In this document: piece after piece, positions 30,090 to 39,118 of the stretch
How the letters are laid out: the number at the start of each line of letters is the position of its first letter
Position numbering within the stretch: position 1 is the first letter of the stretch
Assembly (NCBI GenBank): GCA_965237675.1
Contig: OZ250150.1
Span: 2,080,001 to 2,144,000 of the forward strand
Origin: Candidatus Latescibacterota bacterium
GTDB lineage: Bacteria > Latescibacterota > UBA2968 > GCA-2709665
DNA length: 64,000 nt
Direction: 5' to 3'
Program-made: the position numbers and the translations under genes
Notes under the pieces: generated by a model
Seen by the model: only the letters and a program-made list of their open reading frames with translations
The model's database searches: none
What the model was told of the DNA's origin: nothing

Positions 30090-31280
30090 TCAGGGGCCGA
30101 TATCCTCCACGCTTCCGATCCTGTTCCTGGCGGGATCGGTAAACCAGATCCGGCCGCGCCGATCTACCGTCAGGCCTCCGACGCCTGAAATCGAAAACGG
30201 CAGTTCGAGAATCCGAATGTTGCCAGACTCAGGATCGAATCGCGCGACAAATCTGGACTGATCACTCGCATACCAGATGCGTCCGTTCAGATCCACAGAC
30301 AGCGAAGATGGATCGGGCCCATCTTCAGGCAATATATAGCTCACGAAATTCCCGGTCGCCTGGAGATCCCACATATGCAGTTGATAGGAATTGGCGGAAA
30401 ACCAGATTTGTCCCGCGGCGTCTAATACGAATTGTCTTATCGTCAAGTCCTGGACGGGTAACGCAATCTCCACGATTTCGTTCGTTTCCGGATTCATCCG
30501 GCCGAATTTCCCGGCGGCTCGTTCCACAAATACCAGCACGCCGTCACTATCGACCAGAATCTCGTCCAGACCTGCCGAGGGGGTGAACAGAGGATACTCA
30601 TCGAACGTACCGCGATCGGGATCGAAACGGCCGATTTGGTTACCGGATTCCTGCGTGAACCAGAGAATCCCCTTTCGGTCGATAACCAGACCACTCGGTC
30701 GGCTTCCCGGCGTGGGCACGGAATATATCCGGATCTCTTCGGAAATCGGATCGAGGCGGCCGATGGCGTTCGCATCGATATCCGTAAACCAGACAATCCC
30801 GCGGCCGTCAACAACAAGCCTGGCTGGCCGGCCCCCTGGCGTCGGCAACGGATATTCAACAAATGTCTCGGTTGCCGGGTCAAAGCGGCCGATCTGGTTT
30901 GCGCCCACCTGTGCGAACCAGACGCGATCCAGCGGGTCCACCACGATTTCGTGAGGCTGACTCCCCAGCGTTGGCACCTCATAGACATCCACGGAACCTA
31001 CCGCGAGTTCGTCATCGACATAAGAATGCATGACTGTATGTTGGGCTCTGTCGTAAAGGCGCGCGAAGATCAGGAAATCCTGCAGATCAACGGAGCCGTC
31101 GTCGTTGAGGTCAAACCGTGCGTCTCCCGTCCCGAATGCCCGTGCCAGGACAATAAAATCCCGGATGTCGATCACGTCGTTTTCGTCGAAATCGATGTCG
31201 GAAATGGTCTGCGCCCCGGCGGTCGATACCAGCATACCGACCGAGAACATCCAGACCAGAATTTTCAGACGGATACTCAC
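30090..31280 (-). CDS. Secreted protein: dockerin/EF-hand-like pair plus Vgb (virginiamycin B lyase)-like beta-propeller
   Basis: Signal peptide ..AGA/Q; DFDENDVIDIRDF and DLNDDGSVDLQDF; repeated P..I.VD..G.VWFT....N.IGRFDP.T..F.EY.LPT blades. Confidence 0.85.
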   Translation of the reverse strand: MSIRLKILVWMFSVGMLVSTAGAQTISDIDFDENDVIDIRDFIVLARAFGTGDARFDLNDDGSVDLQDFLIFARLYDRAQHTVMHSYVDDELAVGSVDVYEVPTLGSQPHEIVVDPLDRVWFAQVGANQIGRFDPATETFVEYPLPTPGGRPARLVVDGRGIVWFTDIDANAIGRLDPISEEIRIYSVPTPGSRPSGLVIDRKGILWFTQESGNQIGRFDPDRGTFDEYPLFTPSAGLDEILVDSDGVLVFVERAAGKFGRMNPETNEIVEIALPVQDLTIRQFVLDAAGQIWFSANSYQLHMWDLQATGNFVSYILPEDGPDPSSLSVDLNGRIWYASDQSRFVARFDPESGNIRILELPFSISGVGGLTVDRRGRIWFTDPARNRIGSVEDIGP

Positions 31281-31332
31281 CTGTCACTCACACTCGAAAA
31301 CCGCACGATTCGTGGAAGAAACGACTCCGGAG

Positions 31333-32814
31333 TCAATTGAGCCGGTCTTTCGTGCGCGCAATTTCAAAGATACCTCTGGCGGCTTCCAGGCACACGCCCG
31401 GGTCCGCGTTCTTAAGGTACGACCGAAGCGTCTCCAACAGTTTCGAATCGCGCGACTGTGCCAATCCTCTCAAAGCCGCTGCTTGAAGGATCGCTTCGTT
31501 GCTCTGCGCAAGGACTTCCTTCAGCGCTTTGGGCGCCTCGCTGAGCGTCATCTGTCCAAGCGCTTCAACAATGGACTCTCTCATGTCCAGTGACACGTCC
31601 TGTTGAAACGCCCACATCAGAACTTCGACCGACTCAACGTTGTTGAGATTACCCAGAGCCCGCACAACGGACCGCCGGACGGAAAATTCCTTACTTTTCG
31701 ACAACGCATTTTTCAGGGCCGGTATCCGTCTTGCATCACCGATGATTCCCAGAATCTCCGCGGAACGCCGTTGAAACGGTGGGTACACACTTTGTAAATC
31801 GACTTCCAGTTCCTCTGAAATCTCGTGCCCGTAGCCGAGCTTTGCAAGGGACCACGCCGCGCTGAGCCGGAACGGTTGATTCGCGGGGCCGTAAAAGGCG
31901 GACCGCAGGAGGTCCACCGCCGTTGAATCCTGGATCCACCCCAATCCCTCCACGGCCAGCAACCGGTCCAATGCCTCTCCCTCCTCCAATAACCGTTCCT
32001 GGAGATAGACGCCAATCTTCCTTGCTGACAGTCCACCCAGCGCCTCGAAGCAGCGGATACGCAGGGAGGGTTGCCATGTGCTCTGTTTCGCCACCGTCTC
32101 CAGGTGGGCAATCGCTTCTGGCGTCCCGAACGTCTCCAGCGCCTCCACCATGACGAGCGACGTGGAGAGGTGCTCTGTTTCCAGCAATGTATCGGCGACG
32201 ACGGGCAAGCTTTGCAGGTCTGCCAGCCGGGCAAGCGCCAATGCAGCGGCGGACCGCACAACCGGTTCCGGATCTTCTTCAAAAGCCCGTCGCAGCGCCG
32301 GGACGGTTGCCCCGTTTCCCGGTTGGCCGAGGGCGGCGGCGGCGTTGGACCGGACCATGCCCATTTCGCCATTCCGGAGCGTTTCCGCCAGCCATGCACT
32401 CATCGTCCCCGGAGTCAGACGTTCAAGCGCCGCCGCGGCCTCCACTTTCACGAAGGCGCTGACCGTTTTTTCGAATAGTCCCTCGAGCGCGCCAACTGCA
32501 TCCGGACCGTTCAGTTTACCCAGCGCGTCAACTGCACGAAGGACCACGATTTCATCGGGATGGTCCAGCAGACGGAGAAATGCCGTTTGCGCATCCACGC
32601 CCTCCAACCCGCCCAGGACTGTTACAGCCTCCGCGACCACGGCACCTTCAAGCTCCCTGTCGTGAACAAGATCGAGCAACGCGGTCAGCGCGTCTTTTTC
32701 GGCCCGCTGCACATCCTGTCGACCGACGCCGCAACTCCACGTCACGACGCAGAGCAGAAGCATCCACACACATCGCCAACCCGGACACGGCGTCCCGCCC
32801 ATTCGTGTACACAT
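31333..32814 (-). CDS. HEAT-repeat (PBS lyase-like) lipoprotein
   Basis: Lipobox TWSC; many repeats such as VRSNAAAALG, VVRSAAALALARL, VRRSVVRALGNL. Confidence 0.85.
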   Translation of the reverse strand: MCTRMGGTPCPGWRCVWMLLLCVVTWSCGVGRQDVQRAEKDALTALLDLVHDRELEGAVVAEAVTVLGGLEGVDAQTAFLRLLDHPDEIVVLRAVDALGKLNGPDAVGALEGLFEKTVSAFVKVEAAAALERLTPGTMSAWLAETLRNGEMGMVRSNAAAALGQPGNGATVPALRRAFEEDPEPVVRSAAALALARLADLQSLPVVADTLLETEHLSTSLVMVEALETFGTPEAIAHLETVAKQSTWQPSLRIRCFEALGGLSARKIGVYLQERLLEEGEALDRLLAVEGLGWIQDSTAVDLLRSAFYGPANQPFRLSAAWSLAKLGYGHEISEELEVDLQSVYPPFQRRSAEILGIIGDARRIPALKNALSKSKEFSVRRSVVRALGNLNNVESVEVLMWAFQQDVSLDMRESIVEALGQMTLSEAPKALKEVLAQSNEAILQAAALRGLAQSRDSKLLETLRSYLKNADPGVCLEAARGIFEIARTKDRLN

Positions 32815-32816
32815 AC

Positions 32817-34193
32817 CTATTCAACTCCCACCGCACAGCGAAACCCGACATCGGACCGTTTTTCGTCGGGTCTCGCCCAGCCCGCACCGGTACATTTCGC
32901 CCGTTTTTCGTCGTCCAGCCAGGACCCGCCGTATATGGCCCGGAGTTCTCTATTGTTCCCATACCATCCATCCACCCACTCCCACACATTGCCGACCATA
33001 TCCCGAACGCCATAGAGGTTTGGCGCTCCTTTTGCCACTTCCACGGCCCCCGCGTCCCAGCCCAGACCCGTCCGTCCCCTGGAGGGATCGTACCGCAAAC
33101 CGTAGGAATAGATATTACCCGCCTCACCCACGCAGGCCGCAACCCATTCTTCTGAGGTCGGCAACCTCTTCCCGCGAGAGACGCAGAAAGCCTGCGCCTG
33201 TTCGTGCGTTATCCCGGTGGCCGGCATCCTTGTGGCGTCGGAAAACTCATCCGGCCTGTAGGTCGGGTCGAACGCCCGGAACGCCTCGACGCTGACTTCG
33301 TGAGGATCGATATAGAACGTCTGGAAAGCGGAGGTCTCAATTTTCAGCATGCCCTCGACCTTTTTCGCAAAAGTCGCCGCGATCCGGGCCGCCTCGGCCA
33401 CCCGAGCCTGTTCTTCGGCAAGCTCGGCCACCCGAGCCGTTCTTGCCTTGGCTTCAACTTTGGCGATCCGGGCCGCCTCGGCGGCTTTGAGCGCGGCCTT
33501 GCGGCGGGCGGTTTCTGTGCGGACGCGTGCATGAATTCTGCGACGCGCCTCTGCTTTGGCCGCGGCCAGGCGCGCCCGGTCGGCGTCCGTCAGCGATCGG
33601 GCACACCGAAACCCGTAATTTAACGACTTCAAGTCGACTTTCGCCCGCCTCGCGGATCCGCACCGCGTCAACCTGGGACTATCCGTCCAGGAACCGCCGT
33701 ACACCTTCTGCATCTCGTCTTCGGCGTCGCCGTCGTCCACCCATTCCCACACATTTCCGGACATATCGTACAGCCCCGCCTTGCTCTTTTCGTAGGTCAT
33801 CACCGCCTTGGGACCGTCGGTCCAGTTCCTGCGGCCCACTCGCGCGTGGTTGGGATCGTAGTTGTTTCCATAGGCGTAAGCCGACCCCTCCAGGCCGCCA
33901 CAGGCCGCGACCCATTCTTCGGAAGTAGGCAGCCGTTTACCCTGTGCTTCGCAGAACGCTTTCGCCTGTGTGAACGTGATTGCGGTGGCAGGCATTTTGG
34001 CATCGTCGAAATAGGTGTACGCCGGATGATAGTCCGGATCGAATGCCTTCATTTGTTCCACCGTCACCTCATGTCTGCTCATGTAAAACCGTTCCTGGCC
34101 GGCCTGCACCAAAGCCATTTCGTCTCCCTGCGACTGGGCAGGAATCGCCGCCGGAATGAATCCAACGAAAATGGTGATCGCCAGACGCAGCAC
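32817..34193 (-). CDS. Secreted protein with two FGE-sulfatase (SUMF1/EgtB/PvdO-like) domains joined by an Ala-rich helical linker
   Basis: Two sets of HEV[TS]VE, GKRLPTSEEWVAAC, DM[SV]GNVWEWVD, YGGSW, GFRCA motifs; signal peptide. Confidence 0.9.
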   Translation of the reverse strand: MLRLAITIFVGFIPAAIPAQSQGDEMALVQAGQERFYMSRHEVTVEQMKAFDPDYHPAYTYFDDAKMPATAITFTQAKAFCEAQGKRLPTSEEWVAACGGLEGSAYAYGNNYDPNHARVGRRNWTDGPKAVMTYEKSKAGLYDMSGNVWEWVDDGDAEDEMQKVYGGSWTDSPRLTRCGSARRAKVDLKSLNYGFRCARSLTDADRARLAAAKAEARRRIHARVRTETARRKAALKAAEAARIAKVEAKARTARVAELAEEQARVAEAARIAATFAKKVEGMLKIETSAFQTFYIDPHEVSVEAFRAFDPTYRPDEFSDATRMPATGITHEQAQAFCVSRGKRLPTSEEWVAACVGEAGNIYSYGLRYDPSRGRTGLGWDAGAVEVAKGAPNLYGVRDMVGNVWEWVDGWYGNNRELRAIYGGSWLDDEKRAKCTGAGWARPDEKRSDVGFRCAVGVE

Positions 34194-34194
34194 C

Positions 34195-35190
34195 TCAAAA
34201 CTCCCCGAGCAATTCCTGACATTCGTCGCCTTCGCCCAGAATCAGGCTGATATCCCACTCGTATTGACCGTTTGCCGGTACCACGCCGCAGGCTTTAAGT
34301 CCCCACGCGGTATCCAGGCGGTCGACCTGCGACGTAGAGGGCTCCAGCGCCACGTGGTGGAGGTTGTACCATCCGCCCTCGTTTATCCACAAGCCAAGAT
34401 GGGGGAACTTTTTGGCCGGAAACAGAAAACCGACAAATTCCCCATTCGGGTAGACCAGCGCGCAACGGCCCTGTTTCAGATCCACGGAAAAAAGCTTCTC
34501 GGCCTCTTTGGTACGGCTGGAGCGAACCGAGGATCGGTTATAGGCCTTGTCCAGCGTCAGATCCGTGACTTTGGGCCAGGCATGGCGTGTCATTGGCGGC
34601 CCCAGGCGGTCTTCGGTGCTCATGTACGAAACCACATCCGTTCCGGGTGGTATCAGGATGCGGGCGCGGGTTTCCGCTTTGAACAGGGGGTGGAACGCAT
34701 AGACAAACGGCATTTCATACGGGCTTTCATTTTCAACTGTGTAGGAGAATCGGATATACGGTTTCTTGCCGCGCGCCAGTGTCTCGAAGCGGATATCACG
34801 TTTAAACACATATGGAAGTCGCACGCCTCTCACCCACATCTGCAGGCGTCCCTGCTTGACCTCGTACTGCCATGGAAGCGTCCAGACCTCTCCATGGTCC
34901 GGAACCAGAACACCTTCCCATGGAAATACAGGATACGGACAGGCTTCGACGGTGGGAAAACACTCGTCGGCCCCATCGCGTTCATAATTCTCGAAACGAT
35001 CCGCATAGGTCCGGCTCCTGTACGGTATATTTGTTCGCGAAAGAAACTCGCGTCCGGTCGTTTTATTGACGAGAGAGGTAATCTTCCCACCCAGTTCAGG
35101 AACGACCACCAGAGAGAAAAAATCTGTCTCCAACCTTAGTCCCGAGATGTCCGGCGTCAGTTGCACCTCTTTCAGCTTGAGTTTATTCAT
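34195..35190 (-). CDS. Galactose mutarotase-like protein
   Basis: VPELGGKITSL, DECFPT, PDHGEVW, YAFHPLF, LGLWIN, VALEP. Confidence 0.75.
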   Translation of the reverse strand: MNKLKLKEVQLTPDISGLRLETDFFSLVVVPELGGKITSLVNKTTGREFLSRTNIPYRSRTYADRFENYERDGADECFPTVEACPYPVFPWEGVLVPDHGEVWTLPWQYEVKQGRLQMWVRGVRLPYVFKRDIRFETLARGKKPYIRFSYTVENESPYEMPFVYAFHPLFKAETRARILIPPGTDVVSYMSTEDRLGPPMTRHAWPKVTDLTLDKAYNRSSVRSSRTKEAEKLFSVDLKQGRCALVYPNGEFVGFLFPAKKFPHLGLWINEGGWYNLHHVALEPSTSQVDRLDTAWGLKACGVVPANGQYEWDISLILGEGDECQELLGEF

Positions 35191-35294
35191 GTATTCCCAT
35201 CCTTTTTTCGGAATAAGGACCTGACGGCCGGACGCCTCTCCCACGATTCAATGATTCCGACGCATCGCGCCGCATTACCGTTCCACGAATTCTT

Positions 35295-36260
35295 CTACGG
35301 ACGCCGATCGGGAATTCTCTGTCGAATCATCGGGCCGATTTGTGCGACACCCAGAAGATCGAAATACTCTCGATCGTCGTCTCTGGGGCGAAATCGTACG
35401 TACTCCAGCATTCGCGCCAGTACGCTGTTCTGTCTGGCAACCTCTTCCAGAATGGGAATATTGAGCCGTCCCATCACGTTTTTCATTCGCACCCTTCCCC
35501 TATTGATCCAGCGGGCGTCGTAAGTGATATCGAGCGACCCTTCCGCCGTGCGAATAATTGGAACCGAATGCTCGGCCAGCTTCAAGTCTCGCAGTGACGT
35601 TTTGTAAACCGCAATCTTGTAGGCATTGGGACTTCGATGCTCGTCGTAACCGTCCGGAAAAAGCGGTTCCTCGACCACCATTTCTCCAAGGTTGGCGTAC
35701 AGTTCTTCGGTGCCCAGCGCCGTTGCTTCCAGCCTGTAGATCGACTCTTTGCTCTCGACGTGGAAAAATTCTGTCTGGAGATTCAGATGCATCCCCGCGA
35801 AAGGCGACGACCAGCTAAAGCCGTCGTAATTGCCTATCCTGTGGTTTCTCTTTATGTAGTAATGCGCCACACAGAGGGCGTCCACGTCCTGCGCCCGGTC
35901 GATCACCTCCCCCAAACGCAATCCGTCCCACCCACCCTGGTGTTTTACCTCGTAACCCCTGTGTTGAAGCGCCGCGCGGATTGCTTCGTATAGCCGGAGT
36001 TCGTACCTGCGCGGCATCCGAAATGGATCCCCCTCCAACTGCCGGCTGTATCCCAGCAAAACCCTGCCGGCGTACCGAAGTCCGATATCCGGGTCCCTGT
36101 CCGACGCCAGGACGATGAGTCCGATCCGTTTCGGGCGATAACGTGCAAAGGCCTCAGCCGCCGAATTCGTCCCTTTGGCGAAAGTCTCTTTTTTTATTTC
36201 GCCGCCCTCGGATGGGGCCGACCCGATACACAACAACCCGCACAACAGCAGAAAGCGCAT
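35295..36260 (-). CDS. Hypothetical secreted protein
   Basis: 321 aa ORF with signal peptide (MRFLLLCGLLCIG..), 15 nt after the upstream gene; no family recognised. Confidence 0.7.
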   Translation of the reverse strand: MRFLLLCGLLCIGSAPSEGGEIKKETFAKGTNSAAEAFARYRPKRIGLIVLASDRDPDIGLRYAGRVLLGYSRQLEGDPFRMPRRYELRLYEAIRAALQHRGYEVKHQGGWDGLRLGEVIDRAQDVDALCVAHYYIKRNHRIGNYDGFSWSSPFAGMHLNLQTEFFHVESKESIYRLEATALGTEELYANLGEMVVEEPLFPDGYDEHRSPNAYKIAVYKTSLRDLKLAEHSVPIIRTAEGSLDITYDARWINRGRVRMKNVMGRLNIPILEEVARQNSVLARMLEYVRFRPRDDDREYFDLLGVAQIGPMIRQRIPDRRP

Positions 36261-36275
36261 GCACGCCTCACTGTT

Positions 36276-37592
36276 TCACTCGTTCCGTTTCAACCCGTCG
36301 AGCAATTCCAGCGTCGCCGATTTGATCATTCGTTCACAGGCCGGCGTAATCATCAACGTACCGTAATACCGGTACGCCTGGTCCACTTCGTACCCGCCCT
36401 CGGGAAATGCCTCTGCCGTTGGCACATATCCGATACACCCGTTGGCATATCCGAGCGTAAACGTCTTCTCGAACGGCGACGTCCGATCCATTTCCAGCTG
36501 ATAATCCACGAACATTTCGCCAGGGTAAGCCACCAGCGCCGCCTCGCCGATCCGCATCGCCTGTATCTCGAACGCCACTGACCCGTGTGGGAGGTTCCGC
36601 GCGGCCTGGAGATAATCTTCCGCCCAGCCGATCTGCCCTCGGTACTGACGAATCAGATACTCGGTCGAATCGGGGTTCCGCTCTTCGCGCATCACCCGCT
36701 CTTTCTGCTCCTCCAGCGCGCGTTCCGCCTCATCCACCGAAGGGATTCTCGTGGGCAGATCTATCACCCTGAGCACAGCCGCCAGACATCGTCCCGCCAG
36801 AGGTGCCGCGCGCCGGGCAGCCGTTACCGCCGCGCCGCCCAGCAATTCACCGTGCCGTCTGGTTGTACGCAGCGTGCCGTCCATGGGTGTACAGTTGATG
36901 TCGCCGCAACAACCCTGCGCAAACATCGGCAATGCGCCGTTCAACTCACGCCGGATGGACCGTGCTGCATATCCGGGAAATTCCGCGCTGAACCCCAGGC
37001 CCCGCAGGTTGACGGGGTGGGCCGCCGTCATATAAAAAAGCCCCAGCGTGGAACCGGTACGGCGGTCAATGCGCAATACGTCCACCCAGGGAGCTTCAGG
37101 CCCATCCGGATTGTGTCCGATCGTCATCCGTCCGTTCCGACGGGCGCGCCGATTGTGGGCAATCCTCACCGGCTCGCGGCCTACCTGAAGCGAAACGGCC
37201 TCCAGCCGGTCTGCCGCCATTCGGACTGCGCCGGCGACCTTCCGGCACAGCACGTCCTCGTACGCTTCGTCCCGCTGACCCATGCTGCGAAACGGCATCA
37301 CCGTGGGCCCGGAATGAGAGTGCGATCCGTTCAACAACAGGCAGCCGCCCGGTATGCCTGACGCTCGTTCAACCAGGCCCCGAATCCGTTCCACGAGGTC
37401 GGGCGCGAATCCGATGAGATCCGACGTTACAATACCCAGCCGCGTCTTCCCGTCGTCCAGTACCAGCGCACGTGCGAACAGATCGTCGTAAACCGTTTCG
37501 GCCGGCCCCTTCCGGTTACCGAATCCACACAGCGAAACGCCGATCGGCGGCGTAATATTGACCTCGGCAACGCCGGCCTTCAGTTCACCCAT
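36276..37592 (-). CDS. Neutral/alkaline ceramidase-like amidohydrolase
   Basis: GVAEVNITPP, DDLFARALVL, SHSHSGP, AAHP, SAEFPG, QGCCGDIN, PGEMFV, GYVPT..FPEGGYE. Confidence 0.82.
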   Translation of the reverse strand: MGELKAGVAEVNITPPIGVSLCGFGNRKGPAETVYDDLFARALVLDDGKTRLGIVTSDLIGFAPDLVERIRGLVERASGIPGGCLLLNGSHSHSGPTVMPFRSMGQRDEAYEDVLCRKVAGAVRMAADRLEAVSLQVGREPVRIAHNRRARRNGRMTIGHNPDGPEAPWVDVLRIDRRTGSTLGLFYMTAAHPVNLRGLGFSAEFPGYAARSIRRELNGALPMFAQGCCGDINCTPMDGTLRTTRRHGELLGGAAVTAARRAAPLAGRCLAAVLRVIDLPTRIPSVDEAERALEEQKERVMREERNPDSTEYLIRQYRGQIGWAEDYLQAARNLPHGSVAFEIQAMRIGEAALVAYPGEMFVDYQLEMDRTSPFEKTFTLGYANGCIGYVPTAEAFPEGGYEVDQAYRYYGTLMITPACERMIKSATLELLDGLKRNE

Positions 37593-37661
37593 CACCGAAC
37601 CCTTCCAACCCGATGGACGAGGCAGGTCGCCCGTTCCGTGGCGTTCTGCCTTCTTCACGAT

Positions 37662-38693
37662 CTAAAACTGTCCGTTCCGTGCTTCGTATTTTGTGGGCTT
37701 GCCCAGCGTCGGGCCGTCGCGCATTACCCAGGCGGCCACCCATTCCATCATTTCCTCGGACGAGACCCGGGGCGGTCCCATGCATTCGAACAACGTCTGT
37801 GCATTGCCCAACAGGGCCGTCTCACTCTCTTTACCCTCGAGAATCGGAGTTCGCCCCATCAAGGCGCCGAACTTCACCGCCACGTCCCGCACCTCCAGCA
37901 GGTCGGGACCGGTAAGGTTGAGCACTCGCGCGGGGCTCTCACAGAGTGGAAAACTACGCGCAAGGTAAGCGTTTGCATCGCCTTGCCAGATCTGGTTTAC
38001 ATATCCCATCGTCAGATCGATTGGTCGCCCGGTCCACACCCGCTGGGCGATGTCCAGAAAAACGCCATAGCGCAACTCTGTTGCGTAGAATAGGCGAATA
38101 ATCGCGAGGGGGGTACCGTTCCGCTCCGCGTAGTATGCCGCCAGGCGTTCGCCCCCCAGCCGGGACTGCGCATATTCCCCCACCGGGCCCAATGGCGAAG
38201 ACTCCACCGAGCCGCCGGAATCGGGAGATACAAACCGGTAGACGTTTCCGGAAGAGACATAAACGATGCGGGACTCCGGAAATCGCTGCATCACCTTACC
38301 GGGAAGCAGCGCGTTCATCGCCCACGTCAGCGCTTCATTCCCGGTTGAACCGAATTTGTGCCCCGCCAGCAGGATGATGTGGCCCACTTCCGGCAGGCTG
38401 CGCAGCGCATCGTCGTCGATCAGGTTGCACCGTGCGGTCCGTATCCCCCTGGCTTCAAGGTATTCCCGATCCGCCGGATTTGAAAAGCGCGAGACCCCGA
38501 TGACGCCTCTGGCGCCGGAACGCACCAGGAGTTCGCCCAGGGTCAACCCCATTTTGCCGGCAATGCCCAGTATCATTACGTCGCCGTCGATTCTGGAAAC
38601 CGCGTCCGTCACCTCGGGGACCGGTTCGGTCATCCGGTCGATCAGCGCTGCTTCGGTCTCGATAGGATCAACGGTAGACTCCGACATCTTCAT
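37662..38693 (-). CDS. NAD-dependent epimerase/dehydratase family protein
   Basis: ILGIAGKMG, AGHKFG, SSGNVY, GEYAQSRLGGER, NQIWQGDAN. Confidence 0.85.
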   Translation of the reverse strand: MKMSESTVDPIETEAALIDRMTEPVPEVTDAVSRIDGDVMILGIAGKMGLTLGELLVRSGARGVIGVSRFSNPADREYLEARGIRTARCNLIDDDALRSLPEVGHIILLAGHKFGSTGNEALTWAMNALLPGKVMQRFPESRIVYVSSGNVYRFVSPDSGGSVESSPLGPVGEYAQSRLGGERLAAYYAERNGTPLAIIRLFYATELRYGVFLDIAQRVWTGRPIDLTMGYVNQIWQGDANAYLARSFPLCESPARVLNLTGPDLLEVRDVAVKFGALMGRTPILEGKESETALLGNAQTLFECMGPPRVSSEEMMEWVAAWVMRDGPTLGKPTKYEARNGQF

Positions 38694-39118
38694 CGCCGCT
38701 CCCTTATTAAGTGGACCCCCGAACGCACCTCGTCGAACCCGTCGATCGGCCATCGGGGACGAACACGGCAGATTGACGCCGCGGCGTCGGCGGACGGGAG
38801 CCGCAACACCACTGCCTGCGATGTCAAATCCTTTACTTCGTCGGCCGTAAATCCATAAGCAGATATTTTAAATGAGCGTACTCTGTTATTAAGTTGACTA
38901 AATTCCAATACGCTAGACTACAATATAGAGTGTAAGCCCTTCGTGCACAACCGAAAGTTCGAGTGCACGGTCATCCTCGGGCCAAAAGGGTTGACTTTCC
39001 GCCTCTGGACACCTACGTTAAAAGCCTGCCAGGTCTAATTCGCCATCCGCGGATAACGCATTTTTCGGTCCGGGTCGAGCGAATGATCGCACTCTATCAC
39101 GGGTACAGTATTTCAACC

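Noticed and set aside
30090-31280. True streptogramin-resistance Vgb lyase or cellulosome component
   Set aside because: The secreted, Ca-motif-tagged architecture differs from cytoplasmic Vgb, and no cohesin or scaffoldin is in the window; only fold-level similarity is supported.
32817-34193. Diversity-generating retroelement targeting the FGE/CLec domains
   Set aside because: No reverse transcriptase and no template repeat differing only at adenines in the window; the two domain ends differ at all base types.
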